A DNA stretch of 64,000 nt from assembly GCF_029227855.1 (NCBI RefSeq), contig NZ_CP074356.1; one strand, 5' to 3'. The stretch comes from Escherichia coli. GTDB lineage: Bacteria; Pseudomonadota; Gammaproteobacteria; Enterobacterales; Enterobacteriaceae. Below are positions 38,897-54,059 of the stretch, piece after piece. A model generated the notes under the pieces. The model had not been told where the DNA came from and made no database searches. It saw nothing but the letters and a program-made list of their open reading frames with translations. Position numbers and translations under genes: made by a program. Each line of letters opens with the position of its first letter. Position 1 is the stretch's first letter.

Positions 38897-40090
38897 TTAG
38901 AACTGGTAGACTAAGCCCACAGCAACGATATCATCGGTAGCGATGCCGTTTGCTTTGTAGAAGTCGTCGTCGTTGTCCAGCAGGTTGATTTTGTAATCAA
39001 CGTAGGTGGACATGTTTTTGTTGAAGTAGTAAGTCGCACCAATATCAACGTATTTAACCAGATCTTTATTGGTGTAACGTGGGTCGCCGTTGCCGTCATG
39101 AGCCCAACCACCTAAATCCTTACCTTTAGATTGCAGGTAAGCGATGGACGGGCGTAGGCCGAAGTCGAACTGATACTGAGCAACAACTTCAAAGTTTTGG
39201 GTTTTGTTCGCAATACCACCTCTGTCAATGTCGTTATTGTCTTTTCCGCTGCCATATGCAGTCATATTACGTGTTTCTGCATACATTGCCGCTAAATAGA
39301 CATTATTCGCATCATATTTAGCACCGACTGTCCATGCTTCAGCTGTTTCACCACCAGCATATTTATTCGAGCGTTGCTCACCTAAACCAGTAGCACGTTG
39401 GTTATCAGTACGGTCAGAGTTTGAATATGCAGCCCCGAGGCTTAACCCGAAGTCAAAGTCATAGGAAGTGGACATACCGAAACCGTCACCATTTTCTTTA
39501 GACAGTTTACGATTATTACCATTACCAGAACCTTCTTGATCCCAAAGCCCACCCGATCCTTCATTATTACCCTGATATTGCAGAGCAAAGTTCAGGCCAT
39601 CGACCTGACCAAAGAAGCCATTGTTACGGTAGGTTGCAACACCATTAGCACGACCGTTCATGAAGTTGTCGGCACCAGCATAGGTATCGCCACCAAATTC
39701 TGGCAGCATATCGGTCCATGCTTCGATGTCATATACGACACCGTAGTTACGACCATAGTCGAAAGTACCATTCTGACCAAAGCCTAAACCTGCAAATGCC
39801 AGACGCGTTGCGGTATTACCTTTGTCGCTTTCAGGACCGTTTGCGCCAATGTTAAATTCCCACTGACCATAACCAGTGAATTGGTCAGCGATCTGAGTTT
39901 CACCTTTGAAACCGATACGGGCATATGACATGTCGCCATCGCTGCCAGCATCATCAGAGAAGTAGTGCAGGCCCGCTACTTTTCCGTACAAATCCAGTTT
40001 ATTACCATCTTTATTATAGACTTCAGCCGCATTTGCTGCGCCAGCAACTAATAACGCCGGGACCAGCATTGCCAGAACTTTTCTTTTCAT
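38897..40090 (-). CDS. yedS: OmpC/OmpF-family outer membrane porin (yedS-type, apparently intact)
   Basis: From ATG 40090 the product [37 protein letters not shown]... with C-terminal ...VGLVYQF; position between hchA and yedR. Confidence 0.85.
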   Translation of the reverse strand: MKRKVLAMLVPALLVAGAANAAEVYNKDGNKLDLYGKVAGLHYFSDDAGSDGDMSYARIGFKGETQIADQFTGYGQWEFNIGANGPESDKGNTATRLAFAGLGFGQNGTFDYGRNYGVVYDIEAWTDMLPEFGGDTYAGADNFMNGRANGVATYRNNGFFGQVDGLNFALQYQGNNEGSGGLWDQEGSGNGNNRKLSKENGDGFGMSTSYDFDFGLSLGAAYSNSDRTDNQRATGLGEQRSNKYAGGETAEAWTVGAKYDANNVYLAAMYAETRNMTAYGSGKDNNDIDRGGIANKTQNFEVVAQYQFDFGLRPSIAYLQSKGKDLGGWAHDGNGDPRYTNKDLVKYVDIGATYYFNKNMSTYVDYKINLLDNDDDFYKANGIATDDIVAVGLVYQF

Positions 40091-40638
40091 TATGTATTCC
40101 CTTGTGATTATAATCTTCATGAATATATCAATAAGTGCCGTTATCCAAAAAAAAAGCACATTTGGATACTATTCTATGAAGTTCATTTTATTTTAAAGAT
40201 TACATGTAACAAATGTATTTAAAAGATTTCAAAATGTTTCTAATTTATTTAATATAATTCAGAATTATGAATTCTAAATATAAATATTCATGAAAATTAT
40301 AAATGTATATCAATATGTTATGAGTTGAGTGGAAACATGGGGGGTATCAATGAGTGTTGCGCCAAACGGCTGGTGTGATCACGCGCACATTAATGAAGGC
40401 ATAAAAAAAGCCGGCATCATGCCGGCCCAAAAAATATAAACAAGACGATAAAAGGCTAATAACGGAGGCATCATGACACAGAAAAATAAAAAGGTATAAT
40501 TGTAATCAGTGCTAATATATTGATTGAATGAATTAATAAAGCCGATATCAAAGATAAATAAAATCGCTCAAAACGATTTTTCCTGTATTCACTGCCATTG
40601 CGCAAAAGTTATCTATTTGTTCAAAAAATGATTGAGTC

Positions 40639-41022
40639 TTGACTGGCTCATCCAATGTGGAAAAATGTGACTTTTATCACATAATAGTACTAAGTCTGAA
40701 TTTTCCGGGTTATCTCAAAATGGAATACGGTTCGACAAAGATGGAAGAGAGACTCTCTCGCAGCCCTGGCGGCAAATTGGCTTTGTGGGCTTTCTATACA
40801 TGGTGTGGCTATTTTGTCTGGGCAATGGCGCGTTACATCTGGGTGATGAGCCGGATCCCCGATGCCCCCGTGTCGGGATTTGAAAGCGATTTAGGCTCTA
40901 CCGCGGGAAAGTGGTTAGGGGCACTGGTCGGATTTTTATTTATGGCTCTGGTCGGGGCATTGTTAGGCAGCATTGCCTGGTATACCCGACCTCGTCCCGC
41001 ACGTAGCAGACGCTATGAATAA
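40639..41022 (+). CDS. yedR: inner membrane protein YedR (start uncertain; alternative ATG at 40720)
   Basis: Product ...MEYGSTKMEERLSRSPGGKLALWAFYTWCGYFVWAMARY... with two hydrophobic helices. Confidence 0.7.
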   Translation: MTGSSNVEKCDFYHIIVLSLNFPGYLKMEYGSTKMEERLSRSPGGKLALWAFYTWCGYFVWAMARYIWVMSRIPDAPVSGFESDLGSTAGKWLGALVGFLFMALVGALLGSIAWYTRPRPARSRRYE

Positions 41023-41061
41023 AAACTGCTAAGGTTGCGACTCTTTGGCAACGGGGCGCGT

Positions 41062-41757
41062 ATGGACGTACAACACTGGCAGGCACAGTTCGAAAACTGG
41101 TTGAAAAACCATCATCAGCACCAGGACGCGGCCCATGACGTATGTCATTTTCGCCGTGTCTGGGCTACGGCACAGAAGCTGGCGGCAGATGACGATGTCG
41201 ATATGCTGGTGATTTTAACCGCCTGTTATTTTCACGATATTGTGAGCCTGGCGAAAGATCATCCGCAACGGCAGCGTTCTTCAATCCTGGCGGCAGAAGA
41301 GACGCGTCGCCTGCTCCGTGAAGAGTTCGTGCAATTTCCGGCGGAGAAAATCGAGGCCGTTTGTCATGCCATTGCCGCTCACAGTTTCAGCGCGCAAATC
41401 GCCCCCTTAACAACGGAAGCTAAAATCGTCCAGGATGCGGATCGGCTGGAAGCCCTGGGGGCGATTGGCCTGGCGCGCGTGTTTGCCGTTTCAGGGGCAT
41501 TGGGCGTGGCGCTGTTTGATGGCGAAGATCCGTTCGCACAGCATCGCCCGCTGGATGATAAACGCTACGCGCTGGATCATTTCCAGACTAAGTTGCTGAA
41601 GCTACCGCAAACCATGCAAACCGCAAGAGGCAAGCAGCTGGCGCAGCACAACGCGCAATTTTTAGTCGAGTTTATGGCGAAGCTCAGTGCCGAACTGGCG
41701 GGGGAGAATGAAGGTGTCGATCACAAGGTGATAGATGCGTTTTCACCCGCGGGCTGA
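41062..41757 (+). CDS. yedJ: HD-domain phosphohydrolase YedJ
   Basis: From ATG 41062 the product [21 protein letters not shown]... (231 aa) with HD motif. Confidence 0.88.
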   Translation: MDVQHWQAQFENWLKNHHQHQDAAHDVCHFRRVWATAQKLAADDDVDMLVILTACYFHDIVSLAKDHPQRQRSSILAAEETRRLLREEFVQFPAEKIEAVCHAIAAHSFSAQIAPLTTEAKIVQDADRLEALGAIGLARVFAVSGALGVALFDGEDPFAQHRPLDDKRYALDHFQTKLLKLPQTMQTARGKQLAQHNAQFLVEFMAKLSAELAGENEGVDHKVIDAFSPAG

Positions 41758-41823
41758 GCGCGTGGCCCTAAATGGCTGTAATTATGTTAACCTGTCGGCC
41801 ATCTCAGATGGCCGGTTAAATCT

Positions 41824-43242
41824 ATGCAGGAAAATATATCAGTAACCGATTCATACAGCACCGGGAATGCCGCACAGGCAATGCTGGAGAAACTGCTGCA
41901 AATTTATGATGTTAAAACGCTGGTGGCGCAGCTTAATGGTGTGGGTGAGAATCACTGGAGCGCGGCAATTTTAAAACGTGCACTGGCGAATGACTCGGCA
42001 TGGCACCGTTTAAGTGAGAAAGAGTTCGCCCATCTGCAAACGTTGTTACCCAAACCACCGGCACATCATCCGCATTATGCGTTTCGCTTTATCGATCTAT
42101 TCGCCGGAATTGGCGGCATTCGTCGCGGTTTTGAATCGATTGGCGGACAGTGCGTGTTTACCAGCGAATGGAACAAACATGCGGTTCGCACTTATAAAGC
42201 CAACCATTATTGCGATCCGGCGACGCATCATTTTAATGAAGATATCCGCGACATCACCCTCAGCCATAAAGAAGGCGTGAGTGATGAGGCGGCGGCGGAA
42301 CATATTCGTCAACACATTCCTGAACACGATGTATTACTGGCGGGTTTTCCTTGTCAGCCATTTTCGTTGGCTGGCGTATCGAAAAAGAACTCGCTCGGGC
42401 GGGCGCACGGTTTTGCCTGCGATACCCAGGGCACGCTGTTCTTTGATGTGGTGCGCATTATCGACGCGCGTCGTCCGGCGATGTTTGTGCTCGAAAACGT
42501 CAAAAACCTGAAAAGTCACGATAAAGGAAAAACGTTCCGCATCATCATGCAGACGCTGGACGAACTGGGCTATGACGTGGCTGATGCAGAAGATAACGGG
42601 CCAGACGATCCGAAAATCATCGACGGCAAACATTTTCTGCCGCAGCACCGTGAACGCATCGTGCTGGTGGGGTTTCGTCGCGATCTGAATCTGAAAGCCG
42701 ATTTTACCCTGCGTGATATCAGCGAATGTTTCCCTGCGCAGCGAGTGACGCTGGCGCAGCTGCTGGACCCGATGGTCGAGGCGAAATATATCCTGACGCC
42801 GGTGCTGTGGAAGTACCTCTATCGATATGCGAAAAAACATCAGGCGCGCGGTAACGGCTTCGGTTATGGAATGGTTTATCCGAACAATCCGCAAAGCGTC
42901 ACGCGTACGCTGTCTGCGCGTTATTACAAAGATGGCGCGGAAATTTTAATCGATCGCGGCTGGGATATGGCCACGGGTGAAAAAGACTTTGACGATCCGC
43001 TGAATCAGCAACATCGTCCACGTCGGTTAACGCCTCGTGAATGTGCGCGCTTAATGGGTTTTGAAGCGCCGGGAGAAGCGAAATTCCGCATTCCGGTTTC
43101 GGACACTCAGGCCTATCGCCAGTTCGGTAACTCGGTGGTCGTACCGGTCTTTGCCGCGGTGGCAAAACTGCTTGAGCCAAAAATCAAACAGGCGGTGGCG
43201 TTGCGTCAGCAAGAGGCACAACATGGCCGACGTTCACGATAA
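41824..43242 (+). CDS. dcm: DNA cytosine-5 methyltransferase Dcm
   Basis: 472-aa product with C5-MTase motifs (FAGIGG, PCQPFS, ENV, QFGNSV). Confidence 0.93.
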   Translation: MQENISVTDSYSTGNAAQAMLEKLLQIYDVKTLVAQLNGVGENHWSAAILKRALANDSAWHRLSEKEFAHLQTLLPKPPAHHPHYAFRFIDLFAGIGGIRRGFESIGGQCVFTSEWNKHAVRTYKANHYCDPATHHFNEDIRDITLSHKEGVSDEAAAEHIRQHIPEHDVLLAGFPCQPFSLAGVSKKNSLGRAHGFACDTQGTLFFDVVRIIDARRPAMFVLENVKNLKSHDKGKTFRIIMQTLDELGYDVADAEDNGPDDPKIIDGKHFLPQHRERIVLVGFRRDLNLKADFTLRDISECFPAQRVTLAQLLDPMVEAKYILTPVLWKYLYRYAKKHQARGNGFGYGMVYPNNPQSVTRTLSARYYKDGAEILIDRGWDMATGEKDFDDPLNQQHRPRRLTPRECARLMGFEAPGEAKFRIPVSDTQAYRQFGNSVVVPVFAAVAKLLEPKIKQAVALRQQEAQHGRRSR

Positions 43243-43693
43243 GGCCACTCGCAGCAAAAATATGCGCGCGATTGCCACGCGTGATACGGCGATTGAGAAG
43301 CGCCTCGCCAGTCTGTTAACCGGGCTGGGCCTGGCGTTTCGCGTTCAGGACGCCAGTCTGCCCGGACGCCCGGATTTTGTCGTTGATGAATATCGCTGCG
43401 TGATATTTACCCACGGCTGCTTCTGGCACCATCATCACTGCTATTTGTTTAAAGTGCCTGCGACTCGAACCGAGTTCTGGCTGGAGAAGATAGGTAAAAA
43501 TGTTGAACGCGATCGCCGCGATATCAGTCGCTTGCAGGAACTCGGCTGGCGCGTATTGATTGTCTGGGAGTGTGCGTTACGTGGGCGCGAGAAGCTGACG
43601 GATGAAGCGCTTAGCGAGCGTCTGGAAGAGTGGATCTGCGGCGAAGGTGCCAGCGCGCAGATCGACACGCAGGGGATTCATTTACTCGCTTGA
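43223..43693 (+). CDS. vsr: very-short-patch repair endonuclease Vsr
   Basis: From ATG 43223 the product [28 protein letters not shown]... (156 aa); overlaps the dcm 3' end as in E. coli. Confidence 0.92.
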   Translation: MADVHDKATRSKNMRAIATRDTAIEKRLASLLTGLGLAFRVQDASLPGRPDFVVDEYRCVIFTHGCFWHHHHCYLFKVPATRTEFWLEKIGKNVERDRRDISRLQELGWRVLIVWECALRGREKLTDEALSERLEEWICGEGASAQIDTQGIHLLA

Positions 43694-44602
43694 TGCGTCC
43701 TGAATAACGGGCGCAACTACGGGTTTTGCCGGGAAGAGATATTTTCCCAACGTGACCAGTAACACCGCGAAGACAATCACGCCGAGCGCCAGCCATTCAA
43801 TCTTCGACAGCGTCTCTCCGCCCAGTCCCGTACCCAGCAAGACCGCGACCACCGGGTTAACGTAGGCGTAGCTGGTGGCGAGAGCCGGACTGACGTTGCG
43901 GATTAAATACATATAAGCGTTAATGGCGATAATCGAACCAAACAGCGCCAGATAGCCGACCGCAAGGAAGCCTGAAAGGGAAGGGAGCGCCGTCAGTTTT
44001 TCACCCGCAATCATCGACGCGATCATTAACACCACGCCTGCCGCCAGCATCTCAATCGCACCCGCCATCATCCCTACAGGTAAGGTAATGCGCGAGCCAT
44101 AAACCGAGCCAAACGCCCAGCTAATCGAGCCGATTAAAATCAGAATCGCGCCCCACGGATTGCCGCTTAAATTTCCACCGCTATTGAGCATGATGATTCC
44201 GGCAAGCCCAATGGCGATACCCACCCATTCCAGTTTGCGCGTTTTAATGCCAAACAGGCGGCTGAAGCACAGGGTAAAGAGGGGCACGGTTGCAACCACT
44301 ACGGCGGCGATGCCGGAAGGAACATTTTGATGCTCGGCAACCGTCACCATGCCATTACCGACAGCCAATAATAACAGGCCAATCAGTGCGGCATTGAGCA
44401 GCGGACGTAGCGGGGGGAGTTTGTGTCCGCGTAGTAGCAAAAATGCCAGCAATAAAATACCGGCTGCCAGGAATCGAACGCCCGCCATCATTAACGGCGG
44501 CCAGCTTTCCACGCCAATCCGAATGACAAAATAGGTTGAGCCCCAAATGATATACAACGCAAACAGCGCGCCAAAAAGCGGTAACAACTGGCGGAAACGC
44601 AT
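43682..44602 (-). CDS. yedA: EamA/DMT-family transporter YedA
   Basis: 306-aa ten-helix membrane protein at the conserved position. Confidence 0.88.
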   Translation of the reverse strand: MRFRQLLPLFGALFALYIIWGSTYFVIRIGVESWPPLMMAGVRFLAAGILLLAFLLLRGHKLPPLRPLLNAALIGLLLLAVGNGMVTVAEHQNVPSGIAAVVVATVPLFTLCFSRLFGIKTRKLEWVGIAIGLAGIIMLNSGGNLSGNPWGAILILIGSISWAFGSVYGSRITLPVGMMAGAIEMLAAGVVLMIASMIAGEKLTALPSLSGFLAVGYLALFGSIIAINAYMYLIRNVSPALATSYAYVNPVVAVLLGTGLGGETLSKIEWLALGVIVFAVLLVTLGKYLFPAKPVVAPVIQDASSE

Positions 44603-44774
44603 AATCCCTCACGGTGGAAATAAAAAGGTGGTTCATAGTAAACGTGAAAATCATTCTGCTGGCGAGAGATATAATTGCACTTGATTGTTAAAAAAATGTT
44701 GACCTGTGAAGCAAGTATCAGAGCTGCCGTTTTTGCTTCATACTTACACCCTTCAACAATAAAAATGAGAGGGA

Positions 44775-45692
44775 ATGCTTTTGGCCGGGAGTAGTTTACT
44801 GACGTTGCTCGATGATATCGCCACACTGCTGGACGATATCTCCGTGATGGGCAAACTGGCGGCGAAGAAAACCGCCGGTGTATTAGGGGATGACTTATCG
44901 CTCAATGCGCAACAAGTTTCAGGCGTGCGGGCCAACCGGGAACTTCCCGTGGTCTGGGGCGTGGCGAAAGGATCGCTGATCAATAAAGTGATTCTGGTGC
45001 CGCTGGCGCTGATCATCAGTGCGTTTATCCCGTGGGCGATTACGCCACTGTTGATGATTGGCGGCGCGTTTCTCTGCTTTGAAGGGGTAGAGAAAGTGCT
45101 GCATATGCTGGAGGCGCGTAAACATAAAGAAGATCCGGCGCAGAGTCAGCAGCGTCTGGAGAAGCTGGCGGCGCAGGATCCGCTGAAGTTTGAAAAAGAC
45201 AAAATAAAAGGGGCGATTCGTACCGATTTTATATTGTCTGCGGAAATCGTCGCCATCACGCTGGGGATTGTGGCAGAAGCGCCGTTGCTTAATCAGGTGC
45301 TGGTGCTTTCAGGCATCGCGCTGGTAGTGACCGTGGGCGTCTACGGTCTGGTAGGGGTTATCGTTAAGATTGATGACCTGGGGTATTGGCTGGTGGAAAA
45401 ATCCAGCGCGCTGATGCAGGCATTAGGTAAAGGGTTATTGATCATTGCGCCCTGGTTGATGAAGGCGTTATCGATTGTCGGCACGCTGGCGATGTTCCTC
45501 GTCGGCGGCGGGATTGTGGTACATGGTATTGCGCCGCTGCATCACGCCATTGAACATTTCGCCGGGCAGCAAAGTGCGGTGGTGGCGATGATATTACCGA
45601 CTGTTATAAATCTGATTCTTGGATTTATCATCGGCGGCATCGTGGTGCTGGGAGTGAAAGCAGTAGCGAAAATGCGCGGTCAGGCACATTAA
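44775..45692 (+). CDS. yedI: DUF808 inner membrane protein YedI
   Basis: 305-aa membrane protein at the conserved position. Confidence 0.85.
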   Translation: MLLAGSSLLTLLDDIATLLDDISVMGKLAAKKTAGVLGDDLSLNAQQVSGVRANRELPVVWGVAKGSLINKVILVPLALIISAFIPWAITPLLMIGGAFLCFEGVEKVLHMLEARKHKEDPAQSQQRLEKLAAQDPLKFEKDKIKGAIRTDFILSAEIVAITLGIVAEAPLLNQVLVLSGIALVVTVGVYGLVGVIVKIDDLGYWLVEKSSALMQALGKGLLIIAPWLMKALSIVGTLAMFLVGGGIVVHGIAPLHHAIEHFAGQQSAVVAMILPTVINLILGFIIGGIVVLGVKAVAKMRGQAH

Positions 45693-45770
45693 TACTCGCA
45701 CTGGCTATTATGCAAAATTCGCCATCTTCAACTAAGGTGAACAAGTTTCACTCGAAAAAAGGAGGCGAGT

Positions 45771-45953
45771 ATGAGCTTTATGGTTAGTGAGGAAGTTACG
45801 GTTAAAGAGGGCGGCCCGCGGATGATTGTCACCGGATACTCCAGCGGTATGGTTGAGTGTCGTTGGTATGACGGTTACGGGGTCAAGCGGGAAGCTTTTC
45901 ATGAAACCGAGCTTGTTCCGGGGGAGGGGAGTCGTTCTGCGGAAGAAGTTTGA
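45771..45953 (+). CDS. yodC: small protein YodC
   Basis: 60-aa ORF MSFMVSEEVTVKEGGPRMIVTGYSSGMVECRWYDGYGVKREAFHETELV... Confidence 0.8.
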   Translation: MSFMVSEEVTVKEGGPRMIVTGYSSGMVECRWYDGYGVKREAFHETELVPGEGSRSAEEV

Positions 45954-46123
45954 AAGGGTATCATTTACACCAGGCCGGATCACATCCGGCCTGGTGTGCC
46001 AATGCCTGCAATGAATGATAGTCGCGTCTTATCATGCCACCATTATAAAATTATCGCTGTTTTGCGGTACGTTATCGCCGGGTTATGCCAGAATCATAAA
46101 AAAGCAGGTTGGGAGTCGTCAGG

Positions 46124-48648
<2,525 letters not shown>

Positions 48649-48827
48649 TTACCAGGATGATTCTCAAAACAGCACAAATTATCAAAGATGATTTTTTCGG
48701 GAGCGATCCCGTTGACGCCAGAGCCACCAAGGGGTGACGCGCGTCACATTTCTATTCATAAGTAGCGTTAATCATTCATATCACGAATATTTTCTTGTCA
48801 GCGAAAAAAATTGCGGATAAGGTGATG

Positions 48828-48914
48828 AACACATCAGATTTCCTGGTGTAACGAATTTTTTAAGTGCTTCTTGCTTAAGCAAGTTTCATCCCGACCCCCT
48901 CAGGGTCGGGATTT
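48828..48914 (+). ncRNA. dsrA: DsrA small regulatory RNA
   Basis: AACACATCAGATTTCCTGGTGTAACGAATTTTTTAAGTGCTTCTTGCTTAAGCAAGTTTCATCCCGACCCCCTCAGGGTCGGGATTT matches E. coli DsrA including the terminal GC-rich hairpin and T-run. Confidence 0.9.
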
Positions 48915-48927
48915 TTTTATTGTGCAT

Positions 48928-49155
48928 TCAACGATTCACTTCAGAGACGCTGAAGTCATGAATATCCAGTTCGAAGGCATCCGCCAATTCACGCCATGTA
49001 TGATATTCACGTCCATCGACGCTAACGTGTTCAGAATCGTTCTGGCTGCGATGAACTTCGCTTTCGCTAATTTCATTGATCGCCGCCAGCAGGGCATCGA
49101 CATCGACGCTGACCTCACGTTTTGCGGTATCGCTGTACTCTTTTGCGGTTTTCAT
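48928..49155 (-). CDS. yodD: stress-induced small protein YodD
   Basis: From ATG 49155 the product MKTAKEYSDTAKREVSVDVDALLAAINEISESEVHRS... (75 aa). Confidence 0.85.
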   Translation of the reverse strand: MKTAKEYSDTAKREVSVDVDALLAAINEISESEVHRSQNDSEHVSVDGREYHTWRELADAFELDIHDFSVSEVNR

Positions 49156-49227
49156 CATCTTTCCTCGCAACCGTTACTCTGTTGTTGCCGCCAGTCGTTA
49201 AGTCCGCCTGGCATCTCTTAAGTATAG

Positions 49228-49506
<279 letters not shown>

Positions 49507-49549
49507 TCTAATTCAGCCTGACTGGTGGGAAGCCACCAGTCAGAATGTG

Positions 49550-50173
49550 TTAGCGCATGTTGACAAAAATACCATTAGTCACATTATCCGTCAGTCGGAC
49601 GACATGGTAGATAACCTGTTTATTATGCGTTTTGATCTTACGTTTAATATTACCTTTATGCGATGAAACGGTCTTGGCTTTGATATTCATTTGGTCGGAG
49701 ATTTGAATGGTTCCCTGACCTGCCATCCACATTCGCAACATACTCGATTCGGTTCGGCTCAATGATAACGTCGGCATATTTAAAAACGAGGTTATCGTTG
49801 TCTCTTTTTTCAGAATATCGCCAAGGATATCGTCGAGAGATTCCGGTTTAATCGATTTAGAACTGATCAATAAATTTTTTCTGACCAATAGATATTCATC
49901 AAAATGAACATTGGCAATTGCCATAAAAACGATAAATAACGTATTGGGATGTTGATTAATGATGAGCTTGATACGCTGACTGTTAGAAGCATCGTGGATG
50001 AAACAGTCCTCATTAATAAACACCACTGAAGGGCGCTGTGAATCACAAGCTATGGCAAGGTCATCAACGGTTTCAATGTCGTTGATTTCTCTTTTTTTAA
50101 CCCCTCTACTCAACAGATACCCGGTTAAACCTAGTCGGGTGTAACTACATAAATCCATAATAATCGTTGACAT
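49550..50173 (-). CDS. rcsA: colanic acid capsule regulator RcsA (LuxR-type HTH)
   Basis: 207-aa product [32 protein letters not shown]... with C-terminal LuxR HTH. Confidence 0.92.
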
Positions 50174-50462
50174 GGCATACCCTCACTCAATGCGTAACGA
50201 TAATTCCCCTTACCTGAATATTTCATCATGACTAAACGGAACAACATGGGTCACCTAATGCGCCACTCTCGCGATTTTTCAGGCGGACTTACTATCCCGT
50301 AAAGTACTGTATAATTTGCCTGGAATTGTCTTAAAGTAAAGTAAATGTTGCGATATGTGAGTGAGCTTAAAACAAATATTTCGCCGCAGGAGTATCCTGG
50401 AAGATGTTCGTAGGTATTATTTTTCGGATAATCCTTAGGATAACATGATAAACGTTACGGAA

Positions 50463-51248
50463 TTATATTAATGGCAATTCACTAATAATATCAGCCAGCA
50501 AATTAAACATCTCACTGAATAAATGTTCGCAAAAAGGCGCAATTAACGGCATTAATGCCGCCATTAAAGAGATACCGACAGTCAGAGTTAATGGAAATCC
50601 AATAACAAAAATGGATAATTGCGGGGCCATACGATTCAGTAAACCTAATGCCAGATTCAGGGTCAGCAGCAGAGTAATGAGCGGTAACGCCAGCATCAGC
50701 CCGTTAAGGAAAATCAAACTCCCTGCTTTGGTGAGTGCCAGAAACGCATTGCTGTTCAACGGTTCGCCACCAATTGGCAGGGTGTGAAAGGTATCGACCA
50801 GCAGTGAAATCAACCATAAATGACCGTTAAATGTCAGGAACAGCAGTAACGCCAGCATATCCATGATACGCGCTAAAACGGGCATATTGAGATGGCTGGC
50901 CGGATCGACAAACGTCGCAAATGACAGCCCCATTTGCAGACCGATAATTTCACCAGCGGTTCGCACAGCGGCAAAGGCAAATTGCATGGTAAAACCAAGC
51001 GCAATGCCGATCAGGATCTGCTGCACGGCCAGCCACAGAGCAAAGAACGAAAAAACAGGAACATCGTTGGCAGGTAATGATGGGGCAATAGCGAACGTGA
51101 TCATCATTGCCAGACCCAGTTTTACCCGTTTCGGCACGCTGCGTTCGCTCAGAATTGGCGCGGTAGAAATGAGCGCCAGCACGCGCAGTAACGGCCAGAA
51201 GTACAGACTTAGCCAGGATAGCCATTGATCGCTTGTCACCTGCAACAT
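50463..51248 (-). CDS. fliR: flagellar export apparatus protein FliR
   Basis: 261-aa polytopic membrane protein; last gene of fliLMNOPQR. Confidence 0.92.
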   Translation of the reverse strand: MLQVTSDQWLSWLSLYFWPLLRVLALISTAPILSERSVPKRVKLGLAMMITFAIAPSLPANDVPVFSFFALWLAVQQILIGIALGFTMQFAFAAVRTAGEIIGLQMGLSFATFVDPASHLNMPVLARIMDMLALLLFLTFNGHLWLISLLVDTFHTLPIGGEPLNSNAFLALTKAGSLIFLNGLMLALPLITLLLTLNLALGLLNRMAPQLSIFVIGFPLTLTVGISLMAALMPLIAPFCEHLFSEMFNLLADIISELPLI

Positions 51249-51256
51249 TGTACGGG

Positions 51257-51526
51257 CTACCCGATGATATACGGCAGGTTAGTGAACAAGGTGCGGACGT
51301 AATCCAGCAACAGATTGAGCATCCACGGTCCGGCAATAATAATGGCGATAAATACGGCGATGATTTTCGGAATAAACGACAGCGTCATTTCGTTAATCTG
51401 CGTGGCGGCCTGCAAAATACTGATGATAAGGCCCGTGACCAACGCCACCAGCAACAGCGGGGCAGCCAGTGCCAGCGCGACTTTCATCGCTTCAGTCCCC
51501 ATCATCATGACCGATTCAGGTGTCAT
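51257..51526 (-). CDS. fliQ: flagellar export apparatus protein FliQ
   Basis: 89-aa two-helix membrane protein. Confidence 0.92.
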   Translation of the reverse strand: MTPESVMMMGTEAMKVALALAAPLLLVALVTGLIISILQAATQINEMTLSFIPKIIAVFIAIIIAGPWMLNLLLDYVRTLFTNLPYIIG

Positions 51527-51535
51527 TTTGCCTCT

Positions 51536-52273
51536 CTAGCTGTAAAAGCTCTGCGCCAGCGAACCGACCAGCAATTGCCAGCCATCCACCAGTACAAACA
51601 GCATCAGTTTAAAGGGCAGAGCAATGGTGGCTGGGGGAACCATCATCATCCCCAATGCCATCAACACGCTGGCAATCACCAGGTCGATAATCAAAAAAGG
51701 AATGAAAATCGTGAAGCCTATCTGAAATGCGGTTTTCAACTCGCTGGTCACGTAGGCCGGGAGCAAAATGCGCATCGGCACGGCTTCAGGTCCCTGCAAC
51801 GGGCCGGTATTCGCTAGTCTGGCAAACAACCCTAAATCCGCCTCACGGGTCTGACGCAGCATAAACTCACGTAGCGGCTGCGCCCCTTTTTCCAGCGCCT
51901 CCTGCATTGATATTTTCTCTTCGCTAAATGGCTGGTACGCATCGACATAAATTTTGTCGATCACCGGCGACATAATAAAAAAGGTCAAAAACAGTGCCAG
52001 CCCCAGCAATACCTGGTTAGGTGGCGCGGAGGGTGTTCCCAGTGCGTTACGCAATAAACCAAAAACAATGATGATGCGGGTGAAACTGGTCATCATCAGT
52101 AAAATTGCCGGAATAAACGTCAACGAGGTAATGAACACCAGCGTCTGCACCGGGAGCGACCAGCTTTGTCCACCGCCAGGCAGCGGCTGGCTGGTGATAC
52201 CCGGCAGTTGCGCGAAGGCGAGGGGCGTAACCAGCCAGAGAAGGACAGGTGCGACAGACAACAAACGACGCAT
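51536..52273 (-). CDS. fliP: flagellar export apparatus protein FliP
   Basis: 245-aa product with signal sequence and conserved FliP core. Confidence 0.92.
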   Translation of the reverse strand: MRRLLSVAPVLLWLVTPLAFAQLPGITSQPLPGGGQSWSLPVQTLVFITSLTFIPAILLMMTSFTRIIIVFGLLRNALGTPSAPPNQVLLGLALFLTFFIMSPVIDKIYVDAYQPFSEEKISMQEALEKGAQPLREFMLRQTREADLGLFARLANTGPLQGPEAVPMRILLPAYVTSELKTAFQIGFTIFIPFLIIDLVIASVLMALGMMMVPPATIALPFKLMLFVLVDGWQLLVGSLAQSFYS

Positions 52274-52641
52274 CAGGATCTCCCGCTACGCTTAAGCAAG
52301 TTTTTCATGACCGACTGAAAATCGGTCTGCGGTATCTCTTCCGTTGGTGCTGAAGGGGGAAGTTTATGCAGCAGATTGATTTGCCCAGCGGTAACGCCGA
52401 GCACCAGCCGTGCATCTTCCACATCGACCACCACGACCCGTTCACGCGCGCCCAGCGAAGCACTGGCGCTAATTTTCAGACCGTTAACGCCAGTGCGTTT
52501 CGGGGCAAATCCCAGCCGTTTTACCAGCCAGGCAGCAGCGAGGATCAGGGCAATAATGGCGATGAGTGCGCCGCTCACCTGCAGCAGTGGCGCAGCAGAA
52601 ACCGGCGCGGAAGATTGCACAGTAGCGTGGTTATTCATCAC
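52273..52641 (-). CDS. fliO: flagellar protein FliO
   Basis: 122-aa single-TM protein between fliN and fliP. Confidence 0.88.
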   Translation of the reverse strand: MMNNHATVQSSAPVSAAPLLQVSGALIAIIALILAAAWLVKRLGFAPKRTGVNGLKISASASLGARERVVVVDVEDARLVLGVTAGQINLLHKLPPSAPTEEIPQTDFQSVMKNLLKRSGRS

Positions 52642-53054
52642 TAACGGCTCAGGCGGCGCATCCGCTCAGACGGAGTAATGATATCGGTGATCCGCACGCC
52701 ATATTTATCAGCGACTACGACAACTTCGCCCTGAGCAATTAAATAACCGTTGATCAGAATATCCAGCGGTTCGCCCGCCAGACCGTCCAGCGCCACGACG
52801 GACCCTTGCGTCAGACGCAACAGCTCTTTGATGGTCATCCGCGTACGGCCCAGCTCGACGGTCAGCTTGACCGGAATATCCATAATCAGGTCGATATCCT
52901 GCAACGTTCCGCTGACATCACCACCGCCAAATTGCTGGAACACCGCGTCGGCAGCGCTTTTGCTGCTGGTTGATTTTTGTTCGCTCAACGCTTCAGCCCA
53001 CAGATCGTCCATTGCACCGTTGTTGTCATCGGCCGGATTATTCATGTCACTCAT
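52641..53054 (-). CDS. fliN: flagellar motor switch protein FliN
   Basis: 137-aa product MSDMNNPADDNNGAMDDLWAEALSEQ... with SpoA-like C-terminus. Confidence 0.92.
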   Translation of the reverse strand: MSDMNNPADDNNGAMDDLWAEALSEQKSTSSKSAADAVFQQFGGGDVSGTLQDIDLIMDIPVKLTVELGRTRMTIKELLRLTQGSVVALDGLAGEPLDILINGYLIAQGEVVVVADKYGVRITDIITPSERMRRLSR

Positions 53055-54055
53055 TTGGGCTGTTCCTCGTTCAGAGAATTTAAAATCGGGTTAATCAAAT
53101 GTTCTATCCGTAACGCATATTGACCGTTGAGGGTGCCGTACTGACTGGTCAGCACCGGGACACCGTCAACATGGGCGATGATGCGGTCGGGTTTTTCTAT
53201 CGGCAGGACGTCACCTGGTTTCAGTTTTAAAATCTGCGACAGACGTAGCGAGATATCGGCAAAGTTGGCGACCAGCTCCAGCTGTGAATGCTGCACCTGG
53301 CGCACCAGGTTATCGCGCCAGTTCTGATCTTCATTACGCGAGTTTTCCAGCGGCGGGTTAACCAACAATTCCCGTAGCGGCTCGATCATGCTGAATGGCA
53401 GGCAGATATTAAATTCGCCGGTCAGGTTGCCAATCTCCACATGGAACGGCGTGTTAACCACAATGTCATTTGGTGAGGTGGTGATATTGGTAAATTTCAC
53501 CTGCATTTCCGAACGCACGTACTCAACTTCCAGCGGATTAATCGCCTTCCAGGCATCGCTATAGCCTTCAAGCGCCAGCTTTAACATGCGGTTGATGACG
53601 CGCTGTTCGGTATGGGTAAACTCGCGACCTTCCACTTTGGTCGGGAAGCGTCCATCGCCGCCAAACAGGTTATCCACGGCGATAAACACCAGACTCGGCG
53701 AGAACACCACCAGCCCAGTGCCGCGCAGCGGTTTCAGATGGATAAGGTTCAGGTTGGTCGGCACCGGCAGGTTGCGGGCAAATTCATGGTACGGCTGAAT
53801 GCGGATGGCCCCGACGGTAATGTCCGGGCTACGGCGCAGCAGGTTGAACAGCCCCATACGAAAATGGCGGGCAAAGCGCTCATTAATGATTTCCAGCGCC
53901 TGCAAACGTTCGCGCACAACCCGTCGTTGGGTATTCGGATCGTACGGACGAATGTCACTTTCGCCGCTAACACTGGCTGTCGGTTCGTCTTTGACTTCGC
54001 TGTCGCCATTCAACAGCGCATCAATTTCAGCTTGAGAAAGAATACTATCGCCCAT
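53051..54055 (-). CDS. fliM: flagellar motor switch protein FliM
   Basis: From ATG 54055 the product MGDSILSQAEIDALLNGD... (334 aa). Confidence 0.92.
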   Translation of the reverse strand: MGDSILSQAEIDALLNGDSEVKDEPTASVSGESDIRPYDPNTQRRVVRERLQALEIINERFARHFRMGLFNLLRRSPDITVGAIRIQPYHEFARNLPVPTNLNLIHLKPLRGTGLVVFSPSLVFIAVDNLFGGDGRFPTKVEGREFTHTEQRVINRMLKLALEGYSDAWKAINPLEVEYVRSEMQVKFTNITTSPNDIVVNTPFHVEIGNLTGEFNICLPFSMIEPLRELLVNPPLENSRNEDQNWRDNLVRQVQHSQLELVANFADISLRLSQILKLKPGDVLPIEKPDRIIAHVDGVPVLTSQYGTLNGQYALRIEHLINPILNSLNEEQPK

Positions 54056-54059
54056 GTCG

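Noticed and set aside
48871-49221. 116-aa plus-strand ORF overlapping the DsrA 3' end and yodD
   Set aside because: Antisense to yodD and starts inside the DsrA terminator.
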